Source of the DNA: Candidatus Bathyarchaeota archaeon
Lineage (GTDB): Archaea > Thermoproteota > Bathyarchaeia > Bathyarchaeales > DTEX01
Assembly (NCBI GenBank): GCA_018396655.1
Contig: JAGTQF010000004.1
Coordinates: 317-64,316 of the forward strand
Length of the DNA stretch: 64,000 bases
Direction of reading: 5' to 3'
Within the stretch, counting starts at the first letter, position 1. Each line of letters begins with the position of its first letter. Position numbers and translations under genes: made by a program. Below, in pieces: positions 63,372 through 64,000 of the stretch. The notes beneath the pieces were generated by a model. That model saw only the letters and a list, made by a program, of their open reading frames with translations. It had not been told where the DNA came from and made no database searches.

Positions 63372-64000
63372 CTATTGGGCTATAACCCTAAATTGCCCCT
63401 CACTTTTGTATGCTTCATAATCGTATATCTTTACTCCCCTAACCACACGCGTTATTATGCCCCTATCACTCGGGTTATCGGGTTTCAAGCCCAGATTAAG
63501 GGATTTAAATAGCCCCAGAAGCTGCCCAAATATGACGTCAACCAGCGGCCTACAGTAGTCTGGAATCCAGCATCTACCATCATCGCTGATATCAATTACA
63601 TGGTCAGCATAACGCTTGACGCTCTCGCTCATGCCACAGCAGACAGCAATCCTCCTCAAGCCCAAACCCTTACTATGCAAATCCTCCATCAAGTCAATCT
63701 CATAGCGTCTAATGAATGGGTCTGAGGAGACAAAATACACAATCAATGTTTTATCGTCTATTGCAATTTCAGGCCCATGCCTAACACCCAAATAGGAATC
63801 AAACTTGCATATAACTCGGCCAGCAGTTAACTCCTGAAGCTTAAGATGGGACTCGGCGGCGCATCCATATAGTGGGCCTGTGCCTAGAAAGAAGGCTCTC
63901 TCAAAATTTAATTCAGCCAATTCACTGACGAGACTCGAGTATTCTCTGAGTAATCTCTCAGCTGCTGCTGAAGCGCTCCTAAGGATATTTTCGTAGGTAT
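63372..64000 (-). CDS. SIS-domain sugar-phosphate isomerase/deaminase (AgaS/GlmD-like), 5' end beyond the window
   Basis: C-terminal SIS domain (FFLGTGPLYG.A.ES.LK..E). The frame stays open upstream of TTG 63920 to the window edge (hand-translated). Confidence 0.6.
   Translation of the reverse strand, partial: TYENILRSASAAAERLLREYSSLVSELAELNFERAFFLGTGPLYGCAAESHLKLQELTAGRVICKFDSYLGVRHGPEIAIDDKTLIVYFVSSDPFIRRYEIDLMEDLHSKGLGLRRIAVCCGMSESVKRYADHVIDISDDGRCWIPDYCRPLVDVIFGQLLGLFKSLNLGLKPDNPSDRGIITRVVRGVKIYDYEAYKSEGQFRVIAQ

Noticed and set aside
1-64000. Looked for CRISPR arrays, IS elements/transposases, integrases, rRNA genes and recognisable defence-system ATPases or nucleases.
   Set aside because: I found no regularly spaced direct repeats. 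No ORF has transposase, integrase, Cas or restriction-enzyme motifs. The only mobile-element-like hint is the small cassette at 15.5-17.0 kb, reported separately with low confidence.

Overview
This window looks like an archaeal chromosomal segment. Support: archaeal-type ribosomal proteins (uL3-uL4-uL23-uL2, uS7, eS25), an A1:U72 initiator tRNA, tRNAs with non-canonical or multiple introns, and methanofuran/H4MPT C1 genes. It is densely coding on both strands and mostly housekeeping. Contents include 4 tRNAs; shikimate/aromatic genes (DAHP synthase, aroB, chorismate mutase, tyrA); a lysine/DAP cluster (dapA, dapB, aspartate kinase, asd, lysA) with a divergent Lrp regulator; and an fwdA-fwdC-mch block. 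It also holds glycoside hydrolases (GH3, GH31) with a sugar kinase and aldolase, cofactor genes (nadC, nnr, split lplA/lplB), and a metal-homeostasis locus (dtxR-feoA-feoB, nikR plus a membrane protein). A radical-SAM enzyme resembling tetraether-lipid synthase and many small winged-helix proteins are also present. I saw no rRNA, CRISPR array, transposase or integrase. All product calls rest on motifs I recognise in the supplied translations; no database search was possible. Points most worth a second look: (1) feoA and feoB share one frame, separated only by TGA, and the FeoB P-loop lies upstream of any canonical start. (2) The DAP-lysine cluster lacks every known THDP-to-meso-DAP enzyme and is flanked by a DegT aminotransferase and a PIG-L deacetylase. 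(3) fwdA-fwdC-mch occurs without fwdB/D or ftr, directly downstream of an orphan rps7. (4) tRNA-Val has two short introns and tRNA-Leu has a D-loop intron. (5) An orphan DNA methyltransferase is frameshifted at an A-run. (6) A 35-nt element is present twice (32/35 identical, opposite orientation) in the 3' flanks of two unrelated genes. (7) A small regulator-rich cassette abuts the initiator tRNA. I could not identify a clear multi-gene novel system with confidence; the items above are the best candidates.
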